This document shows, piece after piece, positions 16,023-27,666 of a stretch of DNA of 58,688 nt. The DNA is from a virus (lineage: Duplodnaviria; Caudoviricetes). Each line of letters begins with the position of its first letter. The first letter of the stretch is position 1. The stretch spans positions 1 through 58,688 of IMG/VR virus record IMGVR_UViG_3300020125_000336, one strand, 5' to 3'. A program made the position numbers and the translations under genes. A model generated the notes under the pieces. It was not told the origin of the DNA, did no database searches, and saw only the letters and a program-made list of their open reading frames with translations.

Positions 16023-19000
16023 TTAGAACTTTTCCGGAGTCATCCTTTCTGGCTCCATTTTCTCTGGTGCCATCCTCTCAGGCTCAATTCGTTCTTTATC
16101 TTCTTTGGCGTAAACATCGCTGGAGATACGCGCTCCGGTGGACCCAGCCATTGTCGCACCCAGCGCCTTCAGTCCCTTGAGCCATTTGTTGGCATCCTCG
16201 GGCGACATTCCTTGATTGATCCAAAGCTCTTTAATCCCCTCTTCAAGCGGGATCGGGGCGAATTGTTCCATGAGATATTCAGACCAATCGTAAGGCTTCT
16301 CTCCGCGCAACCGCTGCGAACGTGGCACCGGCTCGTTGCTCCATGGCATCGGGCGATTGGCAAAGTCCTGGGCTGTTAAAACATCACTCACCACTCCGCC
16401 GAACGGGCTCAGTTTCTGTCGAGCGTAACGGCCCAACGATTCGCTCGCGGCATCCGAACGTTGGGTCAGTTTTTCATACTTTGTGCGATCCGTCCTGAGC
16501 ACGTGAAGCAACTGCGCGAATGCCCTCACGATGCCGATAATGGGGCTGACGATCTTCGCCTCGGCACCGAATGCTTTGAACGCCATAAAATCTCCCCGGC
16601 GAGCATTCCAATCCGGGTCCAGAATTGGGGCGTTGATCCGCTGCTTGCTGCCCTGCCAGCTGAGAATGGCTTGATTGGCGATCAGCAGTCCAATGTAAGT
16701 CCCCACCACCGCCGCCTTCTCTTTGACTTGGTGCATCACGAACTGCTTTTCAACCGGCGTAATTTCATTGGGCCTGGTTTGCCATTTGATGCCCAGGTCC
16801 ATGGCTTTAACCGTATCACCCAGCAGCCATCCCCAGCGGGACAACTCCAGGCGCGGAGCAAATAGACTGACGTTGGCAAGCCCGGTGAAGATGCCCATGT
16901 TGGCTCTTGAAAAGCCGGTGGCCTTGTTCACCGCATCCGCCACCATCCTGGCCATTTGAACATTAGGCTCAATCCTCACGCCGTCTTTAGTTTTGACTTC
17001 GATCTGCGTCAGGGCGGGGTCCATGTTGTCCCAAATCTGATTAAACCTGGCCTGTCGGAATTCCTTCAGCGCATCGAACCCTCGTTGCCCCATGTCCGTA
17101 AGTTGTTTCCATCCTTTGGATACCCCGGTCAAGGGCTTGATCAACTCCAGCTGTTGCAGCTGGTAATCGTCAAAGTAATGGAACGGGTCATTGGCCAGTC
17201 CGGCGCGCCGAGCCAAATGATAATTGTGATCGTTACGCAGCAACTGCATCGCCGTGATGTGGGATTTCTCATTCATCGAGAACTTCCACTGATGCCAAAA
17301 GCTGGGCCAGTAACCATGCGCATCGCCATTAACATCTTTGAAATACCACGTGTGCAGGTTGAACATGTTCAGCCCAGCGTGCGTGATCATCCCCACTGCG
17401 CCGTGGCCGGTAATCTTCGCCGCAAACATGAAGCGCGGGATCTTCTTGAAGAACAGCTTCCACGTTGGCAGCGCCTGCTCCTCAATCCAGCGCTTTGCCG
17501 CCGCTCGCATCCGGCGCAGCTCTGAATTCTTGCGCCACATTTCCATCGTGCTCTGGCGCATCGAGTCGGACTCGTTCAACAACTCCGTGATCTTCCTGGC
17601 GCTGACACCTTTTTCATCAGCAATGACCTGAATAATAGTGTCCAGTTCCATGTCGCCTTGATCCATTAATTCACGGGCTCGCTTGCGAACCGATCTCGGC
17701 GTCAGTTCGGTCATTTCCGCGATCTTCTTTTTGCGCTTGGCTTCTTCCTTCTCAAATTCCTCGCGCTTAACCTTGATGTTCCCTGGCTTTCCGGTTCCTG
17801 TTTTAACCGTCCCGGGCTTCTCTGTGGTCCCGTACATCTCTTCTTCCAGGCGCTTCTGCTCAGCCGCCTCGTCCAGCTTGGTGGCCTCGCCCAATTGGTA
17901 ATCAACCGCATCGTTGGCCTCCTGGGCGTTCTCCTGAGCCTGCTGAACTGACTTGGCAATCTTTTCTGCCTTGTCGGTCTGCTTTGGCGTAAATTCCTTC
18001 CACTTGCCCGTTGTGGGATCGTAGGTGATTTCTTTGAAGTACCGGGAAATATCCGTGAACGTTCCAGTGTCCAAGTCAATTGCGCCCTGCTGCGCTTCAC
18101 CGGCTGCGTGCCACACCGTTTGCATCGGTTTGCTGGCTTCATCCCACTGAACCGCTTCATCGTAAGTCGGCTTCCAATCTGGCGCATCTTTGCCACGGGA
18201 CAGTTCAATCTTACGAGCCTGGGAAAACTTCTGCTCCGCCTTGGCCCGGACAACAGCGATCATATCTGCGCTGATGTCTTTGCCTCCACTGTCGGCAAAT
18301 TTCTGAACTGCCTTCTCGGCGGCTTGCGGATCAGTCGCCAGCAAATCACGGCCACGTTGCACGGCTTTGCGCCACGTCGTTCCTTCACCCGGAGGAACTG
18401 GTTCAGTGAATCCCATCCTGGCTCTCCACTCACGCAACCTCGCGGCGATGCCGTAAAGGTCTTTGGCTGGTTCTTGCGTCAATGACTTCAACGTGGTGGG
18501 CGGAACGGGCGGGACATCGGGCGGCTTGCCTTTGCCACCACCCGGCAGCAGCACGGACCCCTCCTGAAAACGCAGCGCTCGCTTGGCTTTCATCTCCGCC
18601 AGACGCTGGATAGCTGCGTCACGGGTCATGCCTTCGGGTATGATGAAATGGAAGTTGTCGGCTTTGGCCAGCTTCCTGATTGCCTCACGCCAGTTGCCGC
18701 CAGCGGCTTTGACCACTCGCTCGATTTCAGGCACGAACTTTTCGGCCCTATTTGACTTACCGGCTGCTTGTGCAGTAGGCTCACTTATGGCTGGCGATCC
18801 TGAGGGTGGTTCAGCACCCTCAGTTATAGCCGAACCCTCTGCTGTCGCCGCTGGAGGCACAGGTCTTGTCTGTGAAGTTTCCCCTGGCTCGCCCGGGGGA
18901 AGCTTTTCCTGTCGCGGCAAATTCTTCAGCGCTTCGCTGGCTGCATCCATGTCAGAGATCGCCTTCTTCAATTGCCCCGGGCTGCGCGATCTTATCTGCT

Positions 19001-22000
19001 CAAACATGTTGCCCACTTCCGCCATTACATCTTTCGATGCTTCCGGCGAAACCTGAGCTTCTCGCTGAGCGCTATCGCCACCGCCTGTTTCTGCGGGTAG
19101 CCGCTGTGCCTCAGTTCCGATATGTTCTGGCTGACCACCTTTTTGCTGCTGCCCTTCTTTAATGGCATCTTGTTGTCCTTTCAGTTCACCGTGTTCTCTT
19201 AAAAATTTGATCCTTTGAGCAGCATCTTCCAGCGCCTGCTTGTTCTGCCTTTCAGCCCTCAACTTCTCGTTGAGCTTGTTCATCTTGGCCACGATGTTCG
19301 GAACCTCATTGGGCTTGGCGGCTTTGGCCTGCGCCGTGAGCCGATCCATCTGTGCCTGGAGATCTTTTATCTTCCCCTCATCGCCTTGAGGAAAGATGGC
19401 ACCAGCCTCGCGGCGATTGCGACCATAGGAAAATCGGGATGTGCTGCCACCTATTCCGCCACCGGGTTTTTTTGGTTCATCCTCGGGAGGAGGCTTGTTG
19501 ATGTTGCGCTCGATCCAATCCTCGATCTTCTTTCTCTGCCAATTAGTCATCTCGGTCTTTTCCAGCTCACCGCTCTGGCGAAGAATGGTGGCGATATAGC
19601 CGGGGGCCATTTTGCCCTTCATGTCATCAAACCAGCGCGTGGGGTCCTTGGGGTCATGCTTTAGAGCGAACCTTAATTGGTTATCGGCGTCCTGCCGGAT
19701 GAATTCTTTCAAATCGACGCCCCTGCCCTCGAACGTTGATCTGCCACGCACAGTTTTCAGGTAAGCTGTAATGTGCTCGTCAGGAGTTTCTGCCTCCTTT
19801 TCCTCTTCTGCGTACAAATCTTTGGGGATTTCCGGTTTGCTCTTTCTGAGGCGTTCAACCTCTGCCTTTTCTTCGGCTGAAAGTTCTTTCCGCTCAGGTC
19901 CAATTTGCTGGTCTATCCAGTCGTAGATGGAATCACGATGCTTTTTGAACATCACGTTTTTCCTGACCCACCCCGTCATGCGCATGGACGCCGCCAGCTT
20001 TTCTCTATTGGCCTTAGTTTGTTCCGGCGTGGCCATTTGGTTAGTGGTCATCCGATCCAATACTGAAACTGGATCTTTACCAAGATCGCCTGACAAACTT
20101 TTCACGTTGCCTTGCGCAAGTTCCATCAACGTTGGTATGGGGCCTTCTTGAAATCTCAACCGAACTCGGCTCTTGAAACTCCCTGGTCCTTCATACTGAT
20201 GGAAGTTGAGAATCTGCTCAGGCAGCCTGCCTTTTTGAGAAGCATATTCAGACTCTCCTTGCTGGAGCTTGGTCTGCTGCTGAAACTCATCGGAGTACTG
20301 GTCAAGGACATCGTTTATGGAATCCAGCAACTGTTTCCGCTGTGGTGTAAGCGTTTCATCACTGGCCAGACGGGCGGCTTCATCTCGAATCTTATTGGCC
20401 TCGAAGCGAGCGCTGGACACGTCGCCTTCTTTCAGGAACTGCTCCACTACGGCGAACGAGGTTTGCAGGCGTGGTGGCAATCTTTCAATGCCTTCGCGCC
20501 GTGGAAGTGGCGGGGCATCGGAGGGCCGGTCACGGATCGCAGTTATGTCGTGGCCAAGGTGGTAGCTCTTTTCCGTGCCGCCGCCCTTGTAAGTAATTTC
20601 AAACGGATGCTTTCCAACTTCCGGTGTGTGCGTGGCCTTGGCACCGGCAATAACTTTGCCTTTCTCGTCCACCATTAGCACGTGTGGATCAGCCAAGTCC
20701 CGAATGTCACGAGTGGCGTCAGGTTTAATTTCCAGATATGTGCCGTCTGGCTGCTTGTCAGCAAGAATTATCTTGCCGCCAGATCTCCTGGCTTTCGTGA
20801 TCGCTTCTACAGCCTTTCCAGAAATAAACACCACTGCATGCGGATCTCCCGAAATGTCATTTTTTGGCATTCCAACACCCGGTGGCCTGGAGAATCCACT
20901 TAGTCGCGTGGTTCGGCCACGTTCATCCATCATGTACTGGATTCCCTCAGAGGTGACGAACCCAGTTTGTCCAGCCACTGGCGGCTTGGTGGGCTTAATC
21001 GCCTCCCGTTCAGCCTCCACGGCCTTCTTTTTCTCCCGACGCTTATCCGCCGCCTCCTTAGCCTCGGTCACCTGCTGTTGCTTAATGGTGATGTCCCGAA
21101 TCTCCGCGAGATTCTTGTTCAGAGTTTTCTTATAATCTCTGATGAAACCAGCGACGGTGAGCTGAGGTGCGCCTTCCGCCCTGGCAAAGTTGGCGTCAAT
21201 TACCCGATCTTCCAGCTTCTTGCGATCAGCCAGACGAGTTTGGATAGCCTGATTCTCACGCAGTAGTTTTTGCTTTCTGGACTCCAGCCGTGGATCTGAA
21301 CGACCAATGGTTTCAAGCCTGGCTGTTTCAGCAGCTTCTGTGGCGGCAGCAGCTTTGGCATCCGCCACTCTCTTTGCTTCTGCTTGAGTTTCAGTCAGAA
21401 GTTCTTCAGGAATCGGAGTTGCCGCGCCCGTGGCCGGTTTTACTGGTGGCTTGGGCTCTTGTGGCACTGTGACTCCGCCTTCAGCTCGCGGTGGCTCTCG
21501 AAGTTCAATGGGAGGCACACTGCCTGGAGGGCTCCAGGGGCCTAAGGCTGGCTGCCCCATTGGGCCTGGCCTTGGAATAGTTGGACCAATCGGTTGGTCA
21601 TAACCAATTGGAATATTCGGCCCCAGCATTGGACCGGACGCTGGAACTGATGGCGGCATCCTTAATTGCTCACCCCACGAACCCTGGTAAGGACCAGCGC
21701 CAATTTGATCAGGTCGGGGCAAAAGCCGTCTCTCCTGTTCCGGTTGTGTTAGCGGTGTTGGCAGGGCTGGTGGCGCAAAAGGAAACTGCTGTGGCTGTCC
21801 AGTTCCGGTGAGACCGATGCGCGGCGGCGGAGCCTTTGGTTCAAGTCCGTAAATGTCCGGTCTTTGAGTCAGGTCCGTGCTGCCCTTGAGCAACGGGGAT
21901 ATTTCCGACATCGCTCCACCCAGCGTGAACCCGGTTGCTGTCACGCCATCGGCAATCAGTTTGGCGATCAGTTTATTGTCACGCTTTTCTGGTGGCTTGC

Positions 22001-22532
22001 CTGATTCCTCACCCAACTTCGTGGCGATCTCTGGAACTTCCTTCCCCATTTTGTAGGTGAAGTAGGCAATCAACGCCTTTTGGATTGGCGCAGAAACTCC
22101 GCCGATGCCAAGGGTTGAAAGTCCAAATGGCGACATCAACGTGTCCAGCGTCCCCACCGCGCTCTCCGCTACGCCTCCGCCAATATCCTCTACCAGCTGC
22201 TGCCCTGGTGTCGGCGGCTTGCTCAGTTGCAGGTTTGGCTGATATGCCGGGGCAACTCCCGAAATGGGCTGGAGGGAACGGGAAAGGTTAAGGCTGATTG
22301 GTCCGGTCTGCTCGCCTATTGGTTTGGGTGGGATCAGCGGCGTCGGCGGAACTGGCTGGACCTGCTCCTCCAATGCGCCTGCGTAAGGGCCACGGAAATA
22401 AGCGCCTTTAAACCCCTCGATTATGGATGGATCGATTAACGTCCTGGGAGGTGCCACGTCCTCTGGGCCACCGAAGTCAGGAAGCTTTGGCTTTTCTGCT
22501 ACGGCTGTGTCCCCGAAATCGGGTAGTGGCAT
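16023..22532 (-). CDS. very large putative internal virion/DNA-ejection protein (2169 aa)
   Basis: Size, Pro/Glu/Lys-rich low-complexity linkers, coiled coils and position at the end of the short-tail operon. Confidence 0.65.
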   Translation of the reverse strand: MPLPDFGDTAVAEKPKLPDFGGPEDVAPPRTLIDPSIIEGFKGAYFRGPYAGALEEQVQPVPPTPLIPPKPIGEQTGPISLNLSRSLQPISGVAPAYQPNLQLSKPPTPGQQLVEDIGGGVAESAVGTLDTLMSPFGLSTLGIGGVSAPIQKALIAYFTYKMGKEVPEIATKLGEESGKPPEKRDNKLIAKLIADGVTATGFTLGGAMSEISPLLKGSTDLTQRPDIYGLEPKAPPPRIGLTGTGQPQQFPFAPPALPTPLTQPEQERRLLPRPDQIGAGPYQGSWGEQLRMPPSVPASGPMLGPNIPIGYDQPIGPTIPRPGPMGQPALGPWSPPGSVPPIELREPPRAEGGVTVPQEPKPPVKPATGAATPIPEELLTETQAEAKRVADAKAAAATEAAETARLETIGRSDPRLESRKQKLLRENQAIQTRLADRKKLEDRVIDANFARAEGAPQLTVAGFIRDYKKTLNKNLAEIRDITIKQQQVTEAKEAADKRREKKKAVEAEREAIKPTKPPVAGQTGFVTSEGIQYMMDERGRTTRLSGFSRPPGVGMPKNDISGDPHAVVFISGKAVEAITKARRSGGKIILADKQPDGTYLEIKPDATRDIRDLADPHVLMVDEKGKVIAGAKATHTPEVGKHPFEITYKGGGTEKSYHLGHDITAIRDRPSDAPPLPRREGIERLPPRLQTSFAVVEQFLKEGDVSSARFEANKIRDEAARLASDETLTPQRKQLLDSINDVLDQYSDEFQQQTKLQQGESEYASQKGRLPEQILNFHQYEGPGSFKSRVRLRFQEGPIPTLMELAQGNVKSLSGDLGKDPVSVLDRMTTNQMATPEQTKANREKLAASMRMTGWVRKNVMFKKHRDSIYDWIDQQIGPERKELSAEEKAEVERLRKSKPEIPKDLYAEEEKEAETPDEHITAYLKTVRGRSTFEGRGVDLKEFIRQDADNQLRFALKHDPKDPTRWFDDMKGKMAPGYIATILRQSGELEKTEMTNWQRKKIEDWIERNINKPPPEDEPKKPGGGIGGSTSRFSYGRNRREAGAIFPQGDEGKIKDLQAQMDRLTAQAKAAKPNEVPNIVAKMNKLNEKLRAERQNKQALEDAAQRIKFLREHGELKGQQDAIKEGQQQKGGQPEHIGTEAQRLPAETGGGDSAQREAQVSPEASKDVMAEVGNMFEQIRSRSPGQLKKAISDMDAASEALKNLPRQEKLPPGEPGETSQTRPVPPAATAEGSAITEGAEPPSGSPAISEPTAQAAGKSNRAEKFVPEIERVVKAAGGNWREAIRKLAKADNFHFIIPEGMTRDAAIQRLAEMKAKRALRFQEGSVLLPGGGKGKPPDVPPVPPTTLKSLTQEPAKDLYGIAARLREWRARMGFTEPVPPGEGTTWRKAVQRGRDLLATDPQAAEKAVQKFADSGGKDISADMIAVVRAKAEQKFSQARKIELSRGKDAPDWKPTYDEAVQWDEASKPMQTVWHAAGEAQQGAIDLDTGTFTDISRYFKEITYDPTTGKWKEFTPKQTDKAEKIAKSVQQAQENAQEANDAVDYQLGEATKLDEAAEQKRLEEEMYGTTEKPGTVKTGTGKPGNIKVKREEFEKEEAKRKKKIAEMTELTPRSVRKRARELMDQGDMELDTIIQVIADEKGVSARKITELLNESDSMRQSTMEMWRKNSELRRMRAAAKRWIEEQALPTWKLFFKKIPRFMFAAKITGHGAVGMITHAGLNMFNLHTWYFKDVNGDAHGYWPSFWHQWKFSMNEKSHITAMQLLRNDHNYHLARRAGLANDPFHYFDDYQLQQLELIKPLTGVSKGWKQLTDMGQRGFDALKEFRQARFNQIWDNMDPALTQIEVKTKDGVRIEPNVQMARMVADAVNKATGFSRANMGIFTGLANVSLFAPRLELSRWGWLLGDTVKAMDLGIKWQTRPNEITPVEKQFVMHQVKEKAAVVGTYIGLLIANQAILSWQGSKQRINAPILDPDWNARRGDFMAFKAFGAEAKIVSPIIGIVRAFAQLLHVLRTDRTKYEKLTQRSDAASESLGRYARQKLSPFGGVVSDVLTAQDFANRPMPWSNEPVPRSQRLRGEKPYDWSEYLMEQFAPIPLEEGIKELWINQGMSPEDANKWLKGLKALGATMAGSTGARISSDVYAKEDKERIEPERMAPEKMEPERMTPEKF

Positions 22533-22536
22533 AAAA

Positions 22537-23361
22537 TCATTCTACCATTTCCCAGTGACTTTCATCACGATCTTTTTTAGGGTCAGCCAAGTCACCCAAG
22601 TAGCGCCATTTCTTGCCGTTTTTATCTGGGAATATTTTGCCCTTAGCAGTGGGCGCTGGCGTGGGCGTAAGCGCTGATGGGGAACCTTTGCCAAAAAGAT
22701 CACGCAGTATTCCCATAGTGCCACCAGTATTTGGGCTTGCTACTGCTTCCTCAGGTTTCAGCCCAACGTTAGGAGGAGCGCTGGGAAGCTGGCTTTGGGC
22801 CTGCCTTGCCAGTGCGTTGGCGTGCGCAATCCCCTTCACTCTGGCGTACTCTTTTGGCCCCATGCTTCTGGAAACATTGCCTGCGGGGTCTATGGTAATT
22901 CTTTCAGGTGATTCTTTTGGTGGTCGCGGAGCAACGCCAGGTACCAACTCCATCTGGCCGGTTTCCTCGTTGTATGAGTACGGCTGGCCGTTATCCCAAT
23001 GGATGTTGGACTTTCCTCCCTTCAACCGCTCTTGAAAATCCCGGTACTTCATCAACGAATCAATATTGGCCATCTGCTGGTCCAGTGCCCTGGATCTCAT
23101 AGACGCGTTCAAATCCAAGGTCTTATCTCTCAACTCCATTTGAGCATTGGCCAACGCCATCCTCCCCTGTAACGCCTGCTGCGCCATTCCCTCCTTTGAG
23201 GCCAATTGCTGATACGCCAGCTGGAGCCGGTCTGCCGCTGTTTCCTGGCGAATATCTTCAGCGCGTGCGCCCAGACCGAGTTTAGAGCCTGCTGCCATGG
23301 CCCCAGTGAAGGTTTCAGGGCCGATGTTAAGCCACGGTGGGAATGGTGCTGCGAGTGCCAT
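22537..23361 (-). CDS. putative internal virion/ejection protein
   Basis: Ala/Gln-rich helical N-terminus; position in the operon. Confidence 0.55.
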   Translation of the reverse strand: MALAAPFPPWLNIGPETFTGAMAAGSKLGLGARAEDIRQETAADRLQLAYQQLASKEGMAQQALQGRMALANAQMELRDKTLDLNASMRSRALDQQMANIDSLMKYRDFQERLKGGKSNIHWDNGQPYSYNEETGQMELVPGVAPRPPKESPERITIDPAGNVSRSMGPKEYARVKGIAHANALARQAQSQLPSAPPNVGLKPEEAVASPNTGGTMGILRDLFGKGSPSALTPTPAPTAKGKIFPDKNGKKWRYLGDLADPKKDRDESHWEMVE

Positions 23362-23374
23362 AAATGCCTTTCAG

Positions 23375-24148
23375 TTAAAACGCTTCAATCGCTGACGGAT
23401 CGAACTCAGGCGCTATGGCTCCGCCCATTCCTTCGTAAGCGGAGTCGAAAGAGCCCAGGTTGTAACCGAATTCATCAGCATACATTGGATTGGCTGCCGC
23501 CGCTCCCGCGGTTCCCTGCCCGGCTGTGGGTGGATTCCAGAATGCGTTGTAGGCGTCGGTACGCCACTTGTCAACCCCGCCACTCGCTCCGCCCATGGCA
23601 TCTGTTGCTGAACCCGTGCCCCCGGCTGGACCACGCATCCTTTGCAGGTACTGGTCAAAAAGCTGTTGGGCCAGATTGTTAGCCTGCTCTGGATTTGGAG
23701 CGGCGTTATACAGGGCGTTTCGACTGGCGATTTCAGTTTGCAACGCTGGATTGACCGTCTGAGTGCCACTAATCGTGGGAATCAGGGAGTTGTAATTCTG
23801 TAACCCTTGCTGTTCCAATTGCTGGCTCGTGAGCACATTGCTCAAAAGGTTGTGCTGATTGGCCAATGTCCCAGGCACGGCGTTGGTCCCTGGCATCCCG
23901 CTCTTACCAGCGTAAGTGGCGGAGGCGTTTTGCAGATTGGCCAGCGTTTCAGGTGAAAGCCTGCCGCCCAATTGTGAAATCAGATTACTCCCTGCCAGCT
24001 TATTGGCTTCCCCTTGGACTGGGAAAACGTTGGACAAATCAGCATACGGGTTCGGCAAGCCGATGGAGCCAGGGACGGTACCGTACGCGCCACTTCCTGA
24101 CCAAGGGCTGGGATTGATGTTATAATCTGACAAACCTGCGACTGCCAT
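23375..24148 (-). CDS. putative pilot/ejection protein
   Basis: Gly/Ala/Asn/Gln-rich composition typical of podovirus core proteins; position. Confidence 0.55.
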   Translation of the reverse strand: MAVAGLSDYNINPSPWSGSGAYGTVPGSIGLPNPYADLSNVFPVQGEANKLAGSNLISQLGGRLSPETLANLQNASATYAGKSGMPGTNAVPGTLANQHNLLSNVLTSQQLEQQGLQNYNSLIPTISGTQTVNPALQTEIASRNALYNAAPNPEQANNLAQQLFDQYLQRMRGPAGGTGSATDAMGGASGGVDKWRTDAYNAFWNPPTAGQGTAGAAAANPMYADEFGYNLGSFDSAYEGMGGAIAPEFDPSAIEAF

Positions 24149-24160
24149 AATTTACCTTTC

Positions 24161-25171
24161 TCAAAAACACTGCTGGCTCCACGTGTGGGGGCCGAGGACG
24201 TTGTTGTTTACCGCAAATTGTTCTTCAGGGATCTCATCGGCAATTTCCAGATTGCCTTCATGCACGGCAGCCAGTTCCCACGCCTTAGCCGTTTGGAAAT
24301 CACCCGCCTCCTCCGCTTTCACGGACATGATCATCATCTTGAGAGCGTCCACGTTGTTTATGGGTAGGGCATCCGTATCCACCTGGGCGGGGATGAACTT
24401 CAACTTCACGCGCAGCAAAACTCCGAACTTCACGCCGCAGCATCCGGGGCCGGATACCGTGCCTGTTCCGTGGTTGGGCCAATTCATTGACAGGTGGTAT
24501 TTGGAATACTGGGGGTTCGTTTCGGATGGCTCGTATTGCGCCAGATCCTCCAGCACATCAGCCGTCGCATTGTAGGCGTAGAGGTTGATTGGGCATTCGG
24601 TCGGATCTTTGACGACATAATCAATGTGACGCACGTACGTGCTGGTGCTGGCAAACGGCGTGCCCAGAGTGAGCGTCACGCCGGTTTCCCAAGTTCCATC
24701 AGGGTTCTCGGTCTGAAGGGCCTGGCCATTATTGTCAGTGCCGAATATCTGGACGGTCTTGCCCAAGTCAGCCTGACAGCGGGTGTAAGCACGGATCAAC
24801 CGGCCTTCGCCCTGGATGTCTTGAAACACAGAGGAGGTGCCACGCTGTTCCAATCCGCTCACCTGCTGTCCCATCCACGAGTGCCACGAGCATTCACGTT
24901 GGTTGGATGGCATGAAACGCCACCATCCGTTTTCCACCTGCACCGAGCGATTGCATACGTTGACCCGGCGAATGGCCCCAACGTAGCGCGGAGCGACAAA
25001 GCACCCGTTGGTGACGCAGACAAAGATGTCCTCCACCGTGCCGATGAAGTCCCCCCGGCGCATGTAGCGTCGAGCGGCGTCGTTGATCAGGGAGATGAAT
25101 TCAACTGAATCAGCGCACGCTGATGCAATTTGAACGATCCGAGACTGTTTGGCTTGTAGTAAAGTAATCAT
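24161..25171 (-). CDS. putative head-tail adaptor (tail tubular A-like)
   Basis: Start moved to ATG 25171; LINDAARR helix and LPINNVDALKMMI C-terminal helices are adaptor-like. Confidence 0.5.
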   Translation of the reverse strand: MITLLQAKQSRIVQIASACADSVEFISLINDAARRYMRRGDFIGTVEDIFVCVTNGCFVAPRYVGAIRRVNVCNRSVQVENGWWRFMPSNQRECSWHSWMGQQVSGLEQRGTSSVFQDIQGEGRLIRAYTRCQADLGKTVQIFGTDNNGQALQTENPDGTWETGVTLTLGTPFASTSTYVRHIDYVVKDPTECPINLYAYNATADVLEDLAQYEPSETNPQYSKYHLSMNWPNHGTGTVSGPGCCGVKFGVLLRVKLKFIPAQVDTDALPINNVDALKMMIMSVKAEEAGDFQTAKAWELAAVHEGNLEIADEIPEEQFAVNNNVLGPHTWSQQCF

Positions 25172-25172
25172 A

Positions 25173-25880
25173 TTAAAAAGGATAGGTTTTTCCGGCTCCG
25201 CTGTTATACAGGTCCGTGAGTTGGGATGAGTTGAGCACACTTCCCAACCATACTCCAGTTTCATCTATCAACGTATCTGGAAAGCCAATTCTTACGATCC
25301 ACGTCTGGCTTGGAATGGTTGTGCCTGCATCGGAAGCCGAAGTAGGGCTCACGGTAAATGCGCCGTTATTCACCGATACCTGAGTTTTTTGGGAAATAGG
25401 GTCGTACTGGCCAACAATGAAGTACCAAGTGTTTGTGGCAAAGGCGAATGGGAGTGTCGCAACCACGTCCGGACCAACGGCGGGAGAGAACTTAAAAGCT
25501 GCGGAAATGTTGGTGATGTCAAACCTGAAATCAAGATCCCAGGCAGCCATTTCCAAAGCGCTATGCGCATTGCCCGGAGGTTGTTGGGGGACAAGGAATT
25601 TAATCCATAAGACAAACGTAAGGCCAGTGCCAGGAATGTAATGCAGCGAGTTTCCGCTTGGAGTTGTGTAGAATAGCGTGTCCAAAATACCGCCCGTGAA
25701 AAGCGCATTCCCAATGAGTCCTGGCGCATCACCTGTTTCAGTGCCGCCTACCAACAAGCCATTGCTGCCGATGGAGTCGGCCCGGGTGCCAGTTGCTTCA
25801 TCCAACTTCCAATATGCCGATGGAGTCGGAATGGATGAATTCACCGTTATCGAGAAATTCTTTTGGCACGCAATGCTCAT
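25173..25880 (-). CDS. LamG/ConA-like lectin-domain protein
   Basis: AYWKLDEATGTRADS...TWYFIVG...IDETGVW...LYNSG LamG-like pattern. Confidence 0.8.
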   Translation of the reverse strand: MSIACQKNFSITVNSSIPTPSAYWKLDEATGTRADSIGSNGLLVGGTETGDAPGLIGNALFTGGILDTLFYTTPSGNSLHYIPGTGLTFVLWIKFLVPQQPPGNAHSALEMAAWDLDFRFDITNISAAFKFSPAVGPDVVATLPFAFATNTWYFIVGQYDPISQKTQVSVNNGAFTVSPTSASDAGTTIPSQTWIVRIGFPDTLIDETGVWLGSVLNSSQLTDLYNSGAGKTYPF

Positions 25881-26842
25881 GTGGACTCCGTTTGCAGCGT
25901 GATGGTGAATGAAAACGTTCCGGCAACGGTTGGGGTTCCTGAAATAATGCCAGTAGTTTCATCCAGTGACAGTCCAGTCGGCAGTGCTCCGGATGTCACC
26001 TGCCAGCTCAGCGTCTGCTTTGCGCACGATGTTGCAACTAAGGTTTGAGAGTAAGCAACATTAGCGGTGGCATTTGGCAATGTGCCCGGGGTTATGTTGA
26101 CGACGCAAATATCGTACTTCTTCACCATGTAATCCCCGTTAGGCGCAGTCACCTTGACGTAGAACGTGAACTGGCCTTCCACTGTTGTGGTGCCACTCAG
26201 AAACACCAGTGCCCCACCGGCCCCGGTTGTGAGCGTGAGCCCAGTTGGCACGGAGCCGGAAACAATTTCCCAGAAGTTGTCCTGCTCGATGCCATCTCCC
26301 AAAAACCCACCTTGCGCCGTTATGGATTGCGAGTACGCAGATCCAAGGCAGGTCTCAGGCGGCAAATTGGAAAGGCAGATGCGATGCTGGGCTGCCAGGC
26401 GGCAGGCCAAAGCATGAGCCTGAGAATCCGCTAACCCTTGGGAACGACCGATGAACTCCCCGCCAGGGACATAATACGTGAACAGGTTGCCATCGGGGCA
26501 CTTCACGGCGCACGACTGCCCACGGTTAAAAAAGAGGATAGTGGTTGTGCCGGGATTGTCGGGATCTGGTTTGTCTGGTCCAGGGCAGTTCAAGCTGATC
26601 TGAGCGCAGCGTGCAAAAAGTTCAATCGCAACCGATGCCCTCTCCTCCGGGCTGGCACCGATGCGAACAGCAGCGGTGACCAGCTGATCGCAGCACAGCA
26701 TTTTCAATGTGCTGGGATCGCAACTAAAACCCTCGGGGCAGATCAGCACAGGCCCGAACTCGATCAGATCCAGGGAGTATGCTGACATCCCGAAATCATC
26801 GGCATCCACACAATCCAGGGGTAAGCAGGCTTTGCAACTCAT
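25877..26842 (-). CDS. Cys-rich virion protein with two C-terminal Ig-like (He_PIG) domains
   Basis: SGSVPTGLTL and SGALPTGLSLDETTGIISGTPT motifs; start moved to ATG 26842. Confidence 0.8.
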   Translation of the reverse strand: MSCKACLPLDCVDADDFGMSAYSLDLIEFGPVLICPEGFSCDPSTLKMLCCDQLVTAAVRIGASPEERASVAIELFARCAQISLNCPGPDKPDPDNPGTTTILFFNRGQSCAVKCPDGNLFTYYVPGGEFIGRSQGLADSQAHALACRLAAQHRICLSNLPPETCLGSAYSQSITAQGGFLGDGIEQDNFWEIVSGSVPTGLTLTTGAGGALVFLSGTTTVEGQFTFYVKVTAPNGDYMVKKYDICVVNITPGTLPNATANVAYSQTLVATSCAKQTLSWQVTSGALPTGLSLDETTGIISGTPTVAGTFSFTITLQTEST

Positions 26843-26844
26843 GG

Positions 26845-27666
26845 CTAGTAATGGTAAACGTTGGTGCCGTAGTTGTGAAAGGCGTTCACCAGAGTTTGGT
26901 CCAGCAGGGCACTGGATGTCAGCGAGTTGGTCCATATCCAAAACTCCTTAATCCTCAAAGAGTTTCCGCTGGCCCTGAATTCGTTTCGGCCTAAAAGCTG
27001 AATCGGTCCAGCTGGATTTCCAAAATATAAACCGTTGGCCACAGCGCCCTGGTATCCAGACGATACAATTGAATTTGTCCAACACTCCAAAGACTGATTT
27101 GGCGTGCCCCCTGAATTGGTCACACTTTGACTGACAATGAGATCTATGAAGAAATTGGTCAGCCCGTCCATTTTGTTGGTGATGAGGTTTTGGGCGGTGC
27201 ATCCACCGGATATGGCAAACGGCCACGTCAACGTTCCTCCATCACGCCACCCAAGTTCCGGGTTATTTAAACAAACACTTTCATTCCGTGAGGAAAGAAG
27301 TTGAGGATGCGTCCCACTGAATCCAACCACGTCGATGATGAAGCCAAAGGAGCAATTGCTGGTCAGCGGGAAGCTGGCATTGCTGAGCCAGTGGCTGGAA
27401 TCGAACCACACTCCATCCGATGAATTAGTCGGACGGTTGGCAGTCGCCCCGTTGGTGTAAACCACGGACTGAACCTGATCGGTCCAGCTCACCACAGCGG
27501 TATTCGTAGCCAGGTCTGTGGCCACCCACCTGTATGCCACCTGAGCCAGATTGGTTGTGATTCCAGCTGAAACGATTGCGTTAGGAGCCAGGAACGGCAG
27601 CCCCGTTGTCGCGTTAAACGGCTGCGCGGCGGCACTCAGGCACAGGAATGGAAGCAGCCACTTCAT
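26845..27666 (-). CDS. signal-peptide, TN-rich beta-sandwich/lectin-like protein
   Basis: MKWLLPFLCLSAAAQ signal peptide; many TN/NxS motifs. Confidence 0.7.
   Translation of the reverse strand: MKWLLPFLCLSAAAQPFNATTGLPFLAPNAIVSAGITTNLAQVAYRWVATDLATNTAVVSWTDQVQSVVYTNGATANRPTNSSDGVWFDSSHWLSNASFPLTSNCSFGFIIDVVGFSGTHPQLLSSRNESVCLNNPELGWRDGGTLTWPFAISGGCTAQNLITNKMDGLTNFFIDLIVSQSVTNSGGTPNQSLECWTNSIVSSGYQGAVANGLYFGNPAGPIQLLGRNEFRASGNSLRIKEFWIWTNSLTSSALLDQTLVNAFHNYGTNVYHY

Noticed and set aside
16026-16095. 15-nt repeats at the end of the giant gene
   Set aside because: They encode short in-frame PE(R/K)Mx peptide repeats, with no sign of a separate element.
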